NCBI RefSeq assembly: GCF_009914755.1
Contig: NC_060933.1
Direction: 5' to 3' (one strand)
Source: the human T2T-CHM13v2.0 reference genome, Homo sapiens
Length of the DNA: 64,000 nucleotides
The translations under genes were made by a program, and so were the position numbers. The notes under the pieces were generated by a model. That model searched no databases and was not told where the DNA came from. It saw only the letters and a list, made by a program, of their open reading frames with translations. Below are positions 33,101-51,328 of the stretch, piece by piece (positions within the stretch are counted from its first letter, which is position 1; each line of letters opens with the position of its first letter).

Positions 33101-34022
33101 AGTTAAATTTCCTGGCTATGGGTAGAACACAGACAAGTAAACTCAAAATCCAACTTGATTTTGCTATTTATAAGCTCCTTATCTCCCACCTTCCCACCAA
33201 GACATTCTAGGTTTGAGAGGAGGCTTTAGACTCTTATCTAAGTGGCTGTTTCTGCCAGGATGGGCAATAAGTCAGTTAATAATTTGTTCCACCTTCTGCT
33301 GAAGTGTTTCTCACTTCATCACCACCTATTCACTGCCAATCTGGTTTCCTCAAAGTCTTCTTAAAATTAATCTCTAGGCAAGTTTCAACTCACTCTCATT
33401 TTCAAACCAAAAATTATTAGACCCAAAGCTAAGGAGCACCTTGTCTCAACACATAAACTGGAAGAATAACAAACTAAGAGAAGAAAAAAAAAAACTCTTC
33501 TTGACATTTTCCCTCATTACCTAATTTCCAAGTGACCTGCAAATTTCTGATTGCTCTCCTTTTCCCTTCCCATTTTTCCCTCTTAAGCCTTGTGCCACTG
33601 AGAGATGATACATCAGTTTTTTAGAAAATTATCAGCAGCAGCAACATGTCCACTTATTGTAAATTGCTTTAGTTTTGTTTGAGTTTTAAAATAAAACCTA
33701 TTTCCAGGGCATATTTTCTTTCCTGTGTTGTTTTGTACTAATTAGGGGGGAAAAAAAGGAAAGAACAACCCTGCGTAGAAAAAAAGTTGAAAAGGTTTTA
33801 CCTTTAACAAATTCACAAGTATTTTCCAAAGTGCGTTTTATAAAACTGTACCCTTTAATGCACCTTTAAAAGCATCAATATTTAAAATAAAATCTTAGAC
33901 AATTATTTCAAAATAATTTGCATTTGCATTCAGGGAATGGTTGAGCTTCCAAATATAAAAAATTGACCCTTACCTGTGTCAATGTTAAAACAAATATTTT
34001 GGAAAGAAAGTTGATTGATCTA

Positions 34023-34208
<186 letters not shown>

Positions 34209-34356
34209 TTAGACCAAGAAATAGATTGTAAATTCTAAGAAATTCAAAATAAACATTCCACAGGTTTCACCAACTAGTTATATTTAAATGAGATCAATTT
34301 ATTTTAATTCTATGTATGCAAATCAAATCCATGTCATGATAAAAGAGTTGGCTCTA

Positions 34357-34521
<165 letters not shown>

Positions 34522-34883
34522 TCAAAACATACAATCATTCATGTAACTGTAAAAATTGAATAGCATGTTTTTCCTCTGCCTTCAAAACAAATACTTAATT
34601 TTTTTGAAGAAAGCACAATACTTACTAGCTCTTATTGATCACTGCCTTAATAAAAACAGCAGCCTATTTGAATAGAAAGAGCTCAGTCTTTGGATTCAGT
34701 TCAACTAGGGCTTGAGTCCTACTTTAAACCCTGTCACTTACCAACTATTGCTTAGCCTTTCTGTATTTCAACTTCCTCATTAATAAAGATGACAATAGTA
34801 GCTATCTCATAGGACACCATCATGATGCTTAAATGAGAAGTTATGTATTTAGAATACTTCCTATAACTCAATAATTATAAGAT

Positions 34884-35179
34884 TTTTGTTTTTTGAGACA
34901 AAGTCTCACTCTTTTGCCCAGGCTGGAGTGCAACGATGTAACTATAGCTCACTGCAGCCTGGAACCCCAGGGCTCAAGCGATCCTCCTTCCCCAGCCTCC
35001 TGAGTAGCTGGGACTACAGATGTGCACCAGCATGCCCAGCTATTTATTTAAAAATTTTTGTAGAGTAAGAATCTCACTTTGTTGCCCAGGATGGTCTCAA
35101 TCTCCTGGCACCAAGCAATCCTCTCACCTCAGCCTCCCAAAGTTCTGGGATTACATGTGTGAGCCACTGCACCCAGCCA
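34884..35179 (-). mobile_element. AluJ-like
   Basis: Antisense degenerate Alu dimer. Confidence 0.85.
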
Positions 35180-36957
35180 GATATTATAATTGTTACTATT
35201 AATACTACTTAAAAAAACATTTTAATTAGGTAAAAGACACAATTATACCTACTTTGCAGGATGGCTTAAAGAGTAGGTCACATTTTAATACTTCTGACAT
35301 TGGAATGTCACTTATATTATTATAACTGTAATTGGTAGCATTTTAAAAATTATCTTATCGATATATAAAATAGCGGGGCATCTCACAATCCATGAGACCT
35401 TACATTAAGTAGAATATGGTGTACGCAGCAGGTCTAGGGCAGTTCTAGGCATATAACTGGCATGTAAATACATTTTAGTTCTTAAAGGTACTATGGGGAT
35501 AGAACACTGAAATAATGCATTTTTTAAACAAATTAATTCCTTGATTTTCAAACAAATTGAAGACAAAGGAAACTCATGATTCAAATGAATACATATGGCT
35601 TATTTTATTCAATATTTATGCTTACAGAATATATGCAAATAAGACATTCCCATGATTAATATTAGTATTTAAGACTGATAAACTTTTGAATGGGCAGTTT
35701 AAGCTTATCTTCTACTATTTTCTAACTTCAGAAATGCTTTTGTTTGAAAGTTGGGAGACAAAGTTTCAAGGAGATTAAGTCCCAATATTCCTATTTTAAA
35801 TCTCTCAGCTTCTGCAGGCAGGGCAGGTAAACATGAAGTTTTTAAGGATAGAAGGGTCCTGAGAGATAGCAGAATATGTCTGCTACATAACAGGTACTCA
35901 GGTTATGTTTGATGAATAAATAGAATGAAAGAATGGATAAATACAGTTGGGGAGTTCAATATTTTTAAATAAACTCCTATAAAGCAATATTTTTGCAATA
36001 GTAATTATTTATAATGTTATTTTTATTTTTAAAGAATACAATTAAAATAAAATGATTAATCTATCATTGTTTGCATAAATTGAATGAATACATAAGAAAA
36101 ACATATGTACATAATAAAATATATAGATAATAAAATCTGGAAACAGATAAAAACATTCCCTTTTTACTTCTGAAGAGGCTAAAAGTTCAAAGAAGATAAC
36201 AATACACTCAATAATGATAAAAAATAGAAAGCAAGAAATTATTTTTAATATTGTAAGATTCATATTCCTGTCTTCCCAAGGATTATTCCTTTATTAATAA
36301 ATTTTACTAGAAGTTTTGTACATGCTCACTGCAGCAATCACAGATAAGAAAAAGGAAAAGAACTTTACTTAAAATTAATTGATTTTTTTCCTCACTAGCT
36401 ACAACAAAATACCTCTTCGCACATCAATATACTTCTGTATCTATTGCCACCTTCAATGGTCACATATTATTCCATCCTGTTGATGCAACTGAAATTTATT
36501 TATAGGATCCATTCTTTGGGTTCTTTTTAAAATAAGTGAGGTGAAAAATAAAGTGCATGTATCTTTATTTCCTGAGGGTGTTTTAGTATAATGGAATTGA
36601 TGGGTAAAGGGCATACATATTTTTTAATTGTAGTACTTACCACCAAATTATCTATTTGAAAAATAATCAGCAACTTAAACTTTAAGCAGGAGTATAAAAC
36701 ATCCTCACAAATATTGTGGATAGAAAACTGTTTCATTCCTCTTTTAATTTAAATTCTTATACCAGAAATGCGAAGGACTTTTTCCTATGTACACAAGTAA
36801 CTTGCAGATCTGGAAAAGTGTACTTTGCCCAATTTTAGAGTGTTTGATGATTTGATTTGAAAGAATTCCCTGTCAAATGAAAATGTACTTTTCATCTAAT
36901 GTGTATATATAACTGATATATATGACATATTATATCTGGTATATATGTATATGTATC

Positions 36958-37361
<404 letters not shown>

Positions 37362-37748
37362 TCATCTGAAAATACATATATATATAATATAGTAAATATT
37401 TTTCAAGTAAGCTCTCTTATCTGAGAACTTTTCGCCTACTGAAATAACTCACGGTATTTTTGATAGGGGAATGAGTTCTCTCATTAGGCACCTCCTATAA
37501 TGTATATAAACCATGTTTTCAACGTGTACGTTAAAAATAACAACACTGTGTATGCTTAACTTTGTGAGTTAAATCACTCAAATTCTCCAACTGCTCCAGC
37601 CAGGGAATTATGAGGGATGGAAAACAGCTGAGAGTCCGTTTGGCTCCGCCGTTCTGAGGGTGCCCGGAGCCCTGAAAGGCCCTGTCCCAGGGGCTGCGGG
37701 GAAGCCGGGCCTGGGGACCCCCTCCCACCCTGGGCTGAGCCCCCGCTA

Positions 37749-38091
<343 letters not shown>

Positions 38092-38094
38092 CCA

Positions 38095-38202
38095 GCCCCA
38101 AATCCCCTATCCAACCCGAAATCCCTGATCCAACCCCAAATCCGCGATCAACCCCCAATCCGCGATCCCAAATCTGTGATCTACTCCACAGTCCGCGATC
38201 CG
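38095..38202. repeat. ~18-19-bp minisatellite (ccaaccccaaatccgcgat-like)
   Basis: Five to six degenerate copies with an aatccgcgatc core. Confidence 0.8.
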
Positions 38203-38349
38203 GCCCGGTCCACCACAGCCTTCAGCAGCGACACTCGCAGCCTCCGACCTCTCAGGCCGAGTGAGCCTCGCAAAGGCCTTGGGCGCGCGCCTGCATGGCG
38301 GTTGCTGCCCGGCTCCCGGAAGCCGCTCCCTGGCGGCGCGCGCTGGCAG

Positions 38350-39720
38350 GTGGGGCTGCAGCTCTGGGCGGGCGCCGATGGGCTCGCCGGTCCTCTTTGG
38401 ATCGCCCGGGCGGCCCCAGGATCGCAGGAGCGCCGCCAGCCCGGCCTGAGAAGGAGGGCCTGTCTGGCATTGCAGCCCGCCCCGCTCCTCCTCGGAAGGG
38501 AGATAGGGTGCTGGCAAGAGCACTCCGCGGCCACCTGGGTGGCTTCGCGGATGGCCCGGCTTCACGCTGAGGCTCTGGCCCTGGAGTCTGTGTGGCTAGT
38601 GTCAGGTAGCTGGAGAGGCATGGAGGCAGAGTCAGGGGCTGCTCCTTCCCCCACCAGCCCTCACTGCTGCCAGTACCCCACGCGCGGTTTGCAGCTGCAG
38701 ATCTGGCACTGGCGTGGGATGGCGGAGCTTCCCTTGGATGGCCTCAGGGTCGCAGAGCGCACAGCCCACCTGGCCTCAAGTTCCGCCCCTCTTGGGCATC
38801 TCTCTGGATCCTGGGCCCTGGCGCTGGGCACTCTCTATCCACACGGATGAAACTGAGCGGCTGCTGGCGGGGCCCGTCGCCTGATTTTACTGCCTGGGGG
38901 TCTGGCCTCAGTATCCGCGCTGCTGGGGGGTGGGCCTGGTCTGGGCTGTCCAGTCACTTACTGCCGGTGCACCACGTCTAGACTGCAGCTGCGGCTCCGA
39001 TGATGGTGTGAGCTGGCGGGCCTGGTACCTGATGTCCTCAGGGTCAAGTGCATCGCCCGCCCACTTGAGGGGTTGCTGTGACTTGGCCTCCTTCAAGAAC
39101 GCAGGGGCCGCCGGGGCTGGCTCTTCGTGGTAACCGGGATGGTATTGAGCAGCAGATTTTCACCCTGGTGCCACTGCTGTGCGGACTGCCTGACTTGGGT
39201 GCCCAGGCACCGGCCTCAGGGTGCGCGTGGCAGCTGTGTGTGCGGGTAGGGGGAGTGGCACGGAGGGTCAGGGGTTGCTTCGTCATCTCTGCCTGTGTGC
39301 AACTTGCAGTTTTGCAGTTTTCTGCAGCAGCTGAGGTGCTGGCGCGGGAAAGTGGAGCTCCCTTGGATGGCGTCAGGTTTGCAGGCACAGAGCACAGCCC
39401 ACCAGGCCTGAGGGTCTACTCAGGGGCCATGGTGGTTGAGTTCTCCGTGGAAACTGGGATGGGGTGAACGGCCAGTTCCCGTCCTTTGGCAGCCTGGCCA
39501 ACTGCCAGACTTAGCCTCTGCCGCCCAGGCATCTGTCTCTAGGGTTGCCGCTACTTGGATAGAAGTGGGGATCGGGGTGGGGCGTGGAGCGTCACCGGTT
39601 GCCAGGCCAGCACTGTCTTTGCAACATATTCAGATGGCCGCGGGCAGCTCGGGCACCAGCATGGGCTGGCGGGGCTCCCCTGGAAGGCCCTCAGATTGCT
39701 CACAGCATTGTCCCAGGGCT
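38350..39720. repeat. Degenerate GC-rich tandem repeat, ~5 units of ~295-340 bp
   Basis: The motif gctgcagNtctgg...cccttggatggcctcagggtcgcag...cacagccc...ggcctgag recurs at ~38355, 38694, 38988, 39322 and 39644. Confidence 0.65.
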
Positions 39721-40793
39721 TCCTTGGCCTGTGCCATGTGGGCAAGGTAGGGGGGAGCTTCCAAGGCTTCTATCCCAACTCTAGCTATTTCTAGCTATTT
39801 TCTCTTGAGTTATTTTGCGTCTATCTCAGTTTTATTTGCAAAAATAGTATATGCAAAATACATCGAGTGAATGTACATCAGGCATATAGAAGATCTGGCA
39901 GAAACACGTTTTCTCATGCCCATTTCCAGTCAGTATTTGAACACAGACGCTTCCATGGTTTTGATTCTTTCCACAAAAGGATAGTTTTGTCTGTTTTCAC
40001 CATTTACATAAGTGAAACTATACATTATATAATTTTATGTTCATTCACTAAACATGCTTGTGACACATCATTTTGCTCCTATTGATTATTCATTAATTTT
40101 ATTTTGTAATACTCAATTTTATGACTATACCACAGGTTTGAGGCCTTTGCTTGTTTTGTTTTTAATCCATTCCACTATTGATAGACACAAAAGCAGTTTC
40201 TGATTTGAGGCTATCATGAATAAACCTGCTATGAATGAATCAGATATACACGTTTTTCTGTAATAATATTTTCACTTTTCTTGAGTTTAAGTACATAAGA
40301 GTGGATTTTCTGGGTTACAAAATAAGTATATATTTGGCATTGTATGAAATGGGGAGACATTTTCCTAAGTGGTTGTGCCATCTTAAACTACAATGAAAAT
40401 GTTTGAGAGAATCAGTTCCACTTTCTAACCAACACTTGATGCTGTCAGTTGTTTTAGTGTTATCCATTCTTATGGGATATAACTGCTGAGTAGCTGTCTG
40501 CCTTCCCAATAACACAGAAAATTGAGGGCCCAGAGGACAGTTTTATTTTCATATTTGACACCTTCTATTATTTTTTATAGAAGGGTGATTTGGGTAGTAA
40601 AATTGTCTTTCAATTTTCTAGGTTGTCTCTGAATCTTACTGGGGTTCCTGGTCCTAAACCACATTCAGAAATTTTCACGACCAACTTATTTTTATCTTTG
40701 TCATACCAGGCCAATGAGGGACTGCATTCCTGAGACTTTTTAAGTACTTTTTGTGTGTATGATGGTCTAATAATCATAGTCTTAAAACTTTCT

Positions 40794-41417
<624 letters not shown>

Positions 41418-41546
41418 AATGGGTGGATTGTTAACTCAAAATACGCACCATTGAATACTGAGGAAAATGTATAGCCATCAACACCAGCAGCTGAGATGAG
41501 AGTTGAGATACCAGAAATGCCCCAGCATGTAACTCCTCTTTTAATT

Positions 41547-41548
<2 letters not shown>

Positions 41549-41577
<29 letters not shown>
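41549..41577. repeat. (CA)n microsatellite
   Basis: Perfect CA run. Confidence 0.95.
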
Positions 41578-41579
<2 letters not shown>

Positions 41580-42239
41580 ACACTCATGGTAACCAGTTCA
41601 GGATGGACACAGAAACAGTCACAGTCTTTTTGGGGAACACACTCCCCTGTGACACTTAGATCCTAATGCTGACTCCAATTCCCTCCCAGGACCTCCCCTC
41701 TCCTTGCAGCGTGCTAGGCTTTCCCTTAGAAAACTCCATGTCATTTCATTCAATGGAACATCAATCAGCTTCACCCACAGTGTCTGCATGTCTCTGTCCA
41801 TAGCAAATGTTTTTATTACTTTAAAATATAGATTTTTACCTTAACTAGCCAAGACTTAGGACCCTTTTTCCAAGCTCTTTTAGATGAAGTAATAAATGCA
41901 AATATTAGAGTTGTGTATATGTGTATAAATATATGGAGAAAAGATGTTGCCTAGTTGTACAAATTAGCCTTAACAAAACTCCTGATTTAAATTATTTAAT
42001 TGTGAGAAGGGCGATTCTAACTCAACACATCAATGAAATAAAAGCCTTATCCCTCTGCTCCGCCAAAATATCCCATTTAGAGCCTGCGTGTGTGTGTACA
42101 CACACGTGTGCACTCATCCCCATCTGACCGTATCAAATTATTATTTAAACTAGATATTTTTACTTTGTTTCATAGTAGTAATGGTTTCTGGAATGGAAAA
42201 AAAAAAAGGAGAATAAAACTGTTTAAAATGTATCTCCAG

Positions 42240-43558
42240 GTGAACGCTGTGGCCACTGCACCGACCCCGCCGATGGCGCCCAGTACCTGCGTCTCAGGAA
42301 GAGGTTCTGGCGGGGCCTCTGCCTGAGGCCGCGCCCCTGGGACCTGTCCCGCGTCCACGTGAACGCGGAGCGCAGCATTCACCATCCCCTCCCTGAAACA
42401 GCGGTCCCCGAGGTGCTCCACAGGCAGGGCCGAGCTGGGCGAGGGGGAGCCCAGGCCCTGCACCGGCCGCCCTGAGCGGCGGGGACGTAAGAAGAGCTCA
42501 CCGGCTCCACCAGCCCCTACCCCAGACGTGGGACCTGGGACCAGAAAAGACCTGGAACCCCCGCCCCACGGCTGCCAGGAGGCTGACAGGGACAGCTCCT
42601 GGGGGGGCTACAGCCCCGAGGCCGTTCCGCCAGAACTTGAGCCACTTGGGAAGGGGCAGCGCCCCACCCCTGAAGAGGAACCTGTGTCCTGGAGGCAGCA
42701 GCCTGGGAGCTCCTCCTCTGAGGACAGGGCAGAGGCGAATGACTCTGGTGGCGCAGCGCTGGCTTTCCCGTCCGAGGAGAAGGAGAGCTGCGGGGCTGGG
42801 TGAGCTGGACCAGGGAGCATGGCTGGCTGCTGTCGGCCTCCGATGGGGAGTGGACAGCTTAGGGGGTTGCCCCCGTGCCAACCGGTCTGCTGGCCACGCT
42901 GAGCTTCATTACCGCCTCACCTGCCTGCGCAGGCACCTAGCACCCCAGGCTGGAGCTTTTGGCCATGCTGGTCAACTTCCCCAATGAGCCTCCGCTGCCT
43001 GGGAACAGCAAGGCCAGGGCTACACTGCCCTGCACTTGGCAGCCATGTACCTTGGAGATGGTGAAGCTGCTAGTCAGGACCTAGGACGCCGATGTGGACA
43101 TCAGGGACTACATTGGGAAAAGGGCCTCCCAGTATGTGAGTCAGAGCATCATAGAAGAGATCGAGACCCTGGTGGGAGTCCTGGACGAGGACGACGGGGA
43201 GAGCACCGCCAGCAGCGGGGGTGGGTACTGAAAGATTTAAAAGGTGCCCCCTCTATTTCATCACCTACAAACTCTCACACGTCCTGGAAGATGGGGGGAC
43301 CCTCTTCACCATCACCACTTGGCTGAAGGTGGTTCAGAGGCGAAGCCAAGGATTCCAGGGCGCACAGCCTCGGGCAGGACTAATAGACTTAAAAAACACA
43401 GGCTCAACAAAATCCACTTCACAACCCAGATGGTTCACATCACACCCTCTTTCAGGGACCCAGAGCAGCCACTGGAAGAGAAGGAGTAGGAACGCTCTCT
43501 TAAAGGCCACTTATCCTATTCCTTCAAATTAAGACCAAAGTCCAATGTATTTAGGTAA
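42240..43558 (+). pseudogene. SOWAHC: SOWAHC (ANKRD57) pseudogene, 5'-truncated, many frameshifts
   Basis: Fragments translate to VNAVATA, DPADGAQYLRLRKRF, DLEPPPHGCQEADRDSS, PLKRNLCPGGSSLG, ITYKLSHVLEDGG, RLNKIHFTTQMVHITPSFRDPEQPLE and LRPKSNVFR*, collinear with SOWAHC. Stop TAA at 43556-43558. Confidence 0.92.
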
Positions 43559-44229
43559 AAATAATTTCTTTTAGAAAATGCTAAGGTTTGTCTTATGAAA
43601 TTTAATAACAGAAACAAAAAAAGAACACTAGATGTAAGGAAGTGGGACCAGAAAAGACAAACTAAACTATCCTTACTAGGTTGGAATGGATGGGGTGGAG
43701 TTCCCATCAGGCTAGCATTCTGGGGAAAGTGTTTTTTTTGTTGTTTTCTTTTTTGTTTGTTTGTTTTTTGTTTTGTTTTTTTTGGCGGGGGGGCACGGAG
43801 TCTCGCTCTGTCGCCCAGGATGGAATGGCCTTTGACATGTCAATGTTTTATTGTAAATCGTGACAGACTATCTACATAGAATACTCATGATTTACAATCT
43901 GAGATTGTCAACCCAGCCAGTAACCTATGTAGCACTGAATTCAAATACCAGAAAAAAGACCCAGATTCCCTCACCACCTAGCAGAGCTCAAGTGAGCTAC
44001 ACAGCCTGGTAGGGAATGGGGAGCAATTAAAAGGTTGTAAGCAGGTACTACTATAGTCAGATGAGTTTTTGACAGGTTATTCTAAAAGCACTGAGAAAAG
44101 AAAACTGTTGTAGTATTCCAGATAAGATCATGTGGTCTGTAAAAGGACAGTGTCAAGGATATAGAAAAGAACAATCAAGGAATTTCAAAAAAAGTCTTCC
44201 TCAAGTTTACCATCAAAAAGTGCTACACA

Positions 44230-45200
44230 CTATTTGCAAGTATTTTCTTCCATCTTGTGAGTTGTTTTTTCACTTTCTTGATGGTGTCCTTTGAAGTGCA
44301 AAAATGTTTAAATTTGATGAAGTCCAATTCATCAATTTTTATTCTTGTTGATGGTCTCATATTTAAGAAAACTTTGCCAAATTCAAGGTCATGATAATTT
44401 GCTCCTATGTTTGCTTCTCAGGATTTTATAGTTTTAGTCCTTATGTTTATGTGGATTAGCTCAAAATGGGTCCATTTGATCCATTGTTTTTGCATCCATA
44501 GTTTTTGAATATGGTGTTGGGTAAAGGTACTACTCCAGGTTTTGCATATGTTTACATATCTAGTTGTCCCTGTGCCAGTTTTCAAACATCTTTCCCCACT
44601 GAATAATCTTGGCACCCTTGTCGAAAATCAGTGTTTATATATGTATGGGTTCATATCTGACTCTCAATTCTATCCCACTCGTCTATACATCTATCCTTCT
44701 GCCAGTATTATATTGTCCTGATTACCATTGTCTTGTAGTAAGTTTTAAAGTCAGTAAGTATGAGTTCTCCTACTTTGTTCTCATTTTCAAAAGAGTATTT
44801 TGGCTATTCTTAGTCCTTTGCAATTCCATATGAGTTTGAGAGTCAGCTTGTCGATTTTACAGAGAACTCATCTGGGATTCTGACAGGAATGAAGTTAAAT
44901 CTGTAGACGAGTTTAGGGAGGACTGCCATCTTAACAATCTTAAGCCTTCGGTCCATGATCATGGGATACTTTTACATTTATTTAGATCTTCTTTCATTTC
45001 TTTCAACAATATTCTATAGTTTTCAGAGTACAAGTTTTACACTTCTTAAATTTATTAGTATTTTATTCTTGTTGATGCTATGATAAATGAAGTTGCTTTC
45101 TTAATTTCATTTTCTGATTGCTCATTGTGAGTATGTAGTACTCAGTTAAAGTGTGTCAAATACTATTGATTTTTGCATATTGATCTTGTATCCTGCAACC
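44230..45200 (-). mobile_element. Old L1M fragment
   Basis: Degenerate antisense ORF2-type sequence (ttgatgaagtccaatt..., gactgccatcttaacaat..., ttgatcttgtatcctgcaacc). Confidence 0.7.
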
Positions 45201-45299
45201 CTGAAGAACACAAGGGATTTGTGTCTGGCATACATAAGGAACAATTACAATTCAGTAATAAAAAGACAAAACAACCCAATTAGAGATGGATAATTCAAG

Positions 45300-48020
<2,721 letters not shown>

Positions 48021-48059
48021 AAATCTATTATGTTTTTAAAATAAAATGATCCCTAGCAG

Positions 48060-49110
48060 GAAAAAAAAATGGCAAAAGATCTCAACAAATATTTCCCCAA
48101 AGAAGATATACACATGGCCAATAAGCATGAGATAAGACACTGGACATTACCTTCAATAGGAAAATACAAATGAAAACCACAATGAGATACAATTTCACAT
48201 ATATTAGAATGGCTACAATTAAAAAGTCACACAGTAAGTGTTTGTGAAAATGTGGAGCAACTGAAATTTTAATATACTGCTGGAGGGAATAAAAAATAAT
48301 GCAGCCATTTCAAAAAGCAGTTTGGCAGTTCCTCAATTAGACAGTTATCATGCATCTGAGCAATTCTGCTCCTAGATAAACACCGAAGAGAAATGTCTAC
48401 ACAAAAACTTGTAAACCAACGTTTATAGCAGCATTATTCGTAATAGCCAAAAGGGGTAAACAATGTCCTAAGTGTCCATTAACTGACAAGTGCATAAACA
48501 AAATCCAGTGTATCCATGTAACAAAGTATCATGTGGCCATAAAAAGTAAGTACTGATACATGTTACGGCATAGACAAACCTTGCAAGCATTATGCCAAGT
48601 GACAGAATCCAGTAACAAATCCCATATGATAGATAATCCCATTTATATGAAACACATGTAATAGGGAATCCAGAGGCAGAAAGATTGGTGATTGCCAGCG
48701 CTACAACTGCGGGGATGCAGATGATGGATGTGGAGAGACGGAATTGAAAGCTAAAGGCACAGGAGGCAGGATGTTGTGGTCCATGCCTGTACTCCTAGCT
48801 ACTAGGGAGGCTGAGATGGGAGGATTGCTTGAGCCCAGTAGTTCAAGACTGCACTAAGCTATGATTACACCACTGCACTCCAGCCTGGGCTGGTTGACTG
48901 AGCAAAACCCCATCTCTTAAAAAAATAAATAAATAGAAATAAAATAAGGTAAAGGGCATAGGATTTCATTTGTAATTTTTTTTGAGGTGGAAAAACAATT
49001 CTAAAATTGATTGGAGTGTTGGTTCCCAACATCTGTGAATATACTAAAAACCACTGAACTATATACTTTGAGTGGGTGAATTACATGGCATGTGAATTAC
49101 CAATAAAGCT
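48060..49110 (+). mobile_element. Old L1M 3' fragment with a nested Alu monomer (~48770-48935)
   Basis: aaagaagatatacacatggccaataagcatga...aaaaccacaatgagatac...gaatatactaaaaaccactgaa...caataaagctgtt. Confidence 0.7.
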
Positions 49111-49426
49111 GTTTTAGAAATCCTAATATTTGCTGTGCTATAACTGCGGCAAAGTACCGCAGGGCAATAATTGCAGAGCCAGCCCTACCGTTACAGTATG
49201 ACACAGGAAAACTTAAAACTGCACTTACGATCAAGCTAGATGCAGAGCATATTAGCACAGCAAAAATAATTGACTACACTAAAGACCCATCCTTCAAGGA
49301 TTACAGAATTTAAGTGCTGAAAAGGAGAGTACAACTCCTCTGTTTTTTTAAAAAAGGTAAGAACTCACAAATTAATTAGTCACTTGTAAAATTCTGGATA
49401 GCTAAGAGATTTTCAAATATAATTTA

Positions 49427-49720
<294 letters not shown>

Positions 49721-50053
49721 CTTAGGAAGCAATAGCAAAACCAAAACGTTATAGACTCCTTGTGCATTCACTAATAATTTTTTATCACAAAGTTGCTTTA
49801 GTATTTCTGGAGCTCTAAAATCATTTCATGCACTTTGGTGATTTAGGAGAATCATAGCATTTTCAAACTAGGGTTTGCTTCAACTCATAATTCTGCAAAT
49901 TCTGTTCAATATAAAGCTGAACCCATGAAAGCTTTAGTTGCAGTCTGATAAACAGAATATAATGGGAGTGTACCAGAATAGTAACCTGTGGAAGAATGGA
50001 AATTCATATTATATACATATTATGTATGTGATACATAAATATTTTTATATATG

Positions 50054-51328
50054 CAGATTGAGTATCCCTTATCTGAAATGTTTGGAACCAGAAGTGTTTT
50101 GGGTTTCGGAATTTTTTTTTGGATTTTAGAATATTTGCATCTACATGAGATATCTTGGGGATGAGATCCAAGTCTAAATGTAAATTCACTTATGTTTCAT
50201 ATATCTTATACACATAGCCTAAAAGTAATTTTATATAATATTTCAAATAATTTTGTGCATGAAACAAAGTTTGTGTACATGGAACCATCAGAAAGCAAAG
50301 GTGTCACTATCTCAGCTTCCATGTGGAAAATCTGTGGCTGTCTGATGTCACTGACCATCCTTTTTGACTCTGAATTTATATGCTACTGATGAGCAATCAT
50401 TTTCACACACTTATTCACACATAAGTAAAAATATGGCATGCCATTAATACAGTAAAAAATAATAAGCAACACAGTAGCATCACCAGAATACCTGCATCAG
50501 CTGTTAAACAGCTGTACAAACAATGGCAAGCTTTCAGGCTCCACCTACAAGGCTGTGTTTTGATTAAAAGGTTACTGTGCATTGTATTTTTTTCTTTTTT
50601 TTAGGTGAGAAGAAATATCAGAAGAGTTGAGCAACTAGGAGGTGAGTCCTCTGAGGCTGAGGAGGCATTCTGCCAGATGGCTTTTTATAATGTTTCTCCA
50701 GAGGCATCTGTCTCATTATCAATGGCTTTTGTCTTGGAAGTCTCTCTTTAATTTTATAAACTGACATGACCTCTTGTTCTGTTATGAATGCAGGTAGCTT
50801 TAGTCCTTCAATATCTTCAATATCTCTATCACACATTTTCACCATGTCATCTATACCTTTACACTACAGTCCAATTTCTCCAACAGCTTGACTTTCTGTG
50901 TTATAAGTATTTCTACTTTTCCTTATCGTTGCTGCTCGTAGGGATATCTACAGGTCTTATTGACATTTTCAGTATGTTAACATCACAGAGCAGAGAATAA
51001 GCAAAAATACACAATGGGTAATGCACTTAGGTCCCGTCTGTGGGGATCCTGCCTTTGGCGTGTCCAGCTTGCACATGTGCCATTCTGTGACCCTTTTTGG
51101 GTGTACTTACATGGGGAAATCTGAGCATGTGTACAAAAGTTATACTGCAGCTGAAGGGGGCTGAGAGGGTCTTTTTTCACTAGAGAACATCAAATAAACT
51201 GTGTGTTGTTCACCTGCATTTTGACTCGGACATCAAAATCCACATGTAGTGTCATGTCAGTGCTCAAAAAGTTTCAGATTTTGAAGCATTTCAAATTTCA
51301 GATTTTCAGATTAGGGATGCTCAACCTC
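50054..51328 (-). mobile_element. Tigger4 (Zombi)/MER46-family internally deleted DNA transposon
   Basis: TIRs CAGATTGAGTATCCCT ... AGGGATGCTCAACCTC|TA. The internal ORF remnant 50618-50845 (MVKMCD...AFITEQEVMSVYKIKERL) resembles the transposase C-terminus. Confidence 0.8.

Noticed and set aside
50618-50845. Domesticated Tigger transposase gene
   Set aside because: Only a short, degenerate C-terminal remnant inside an internally deleted element.
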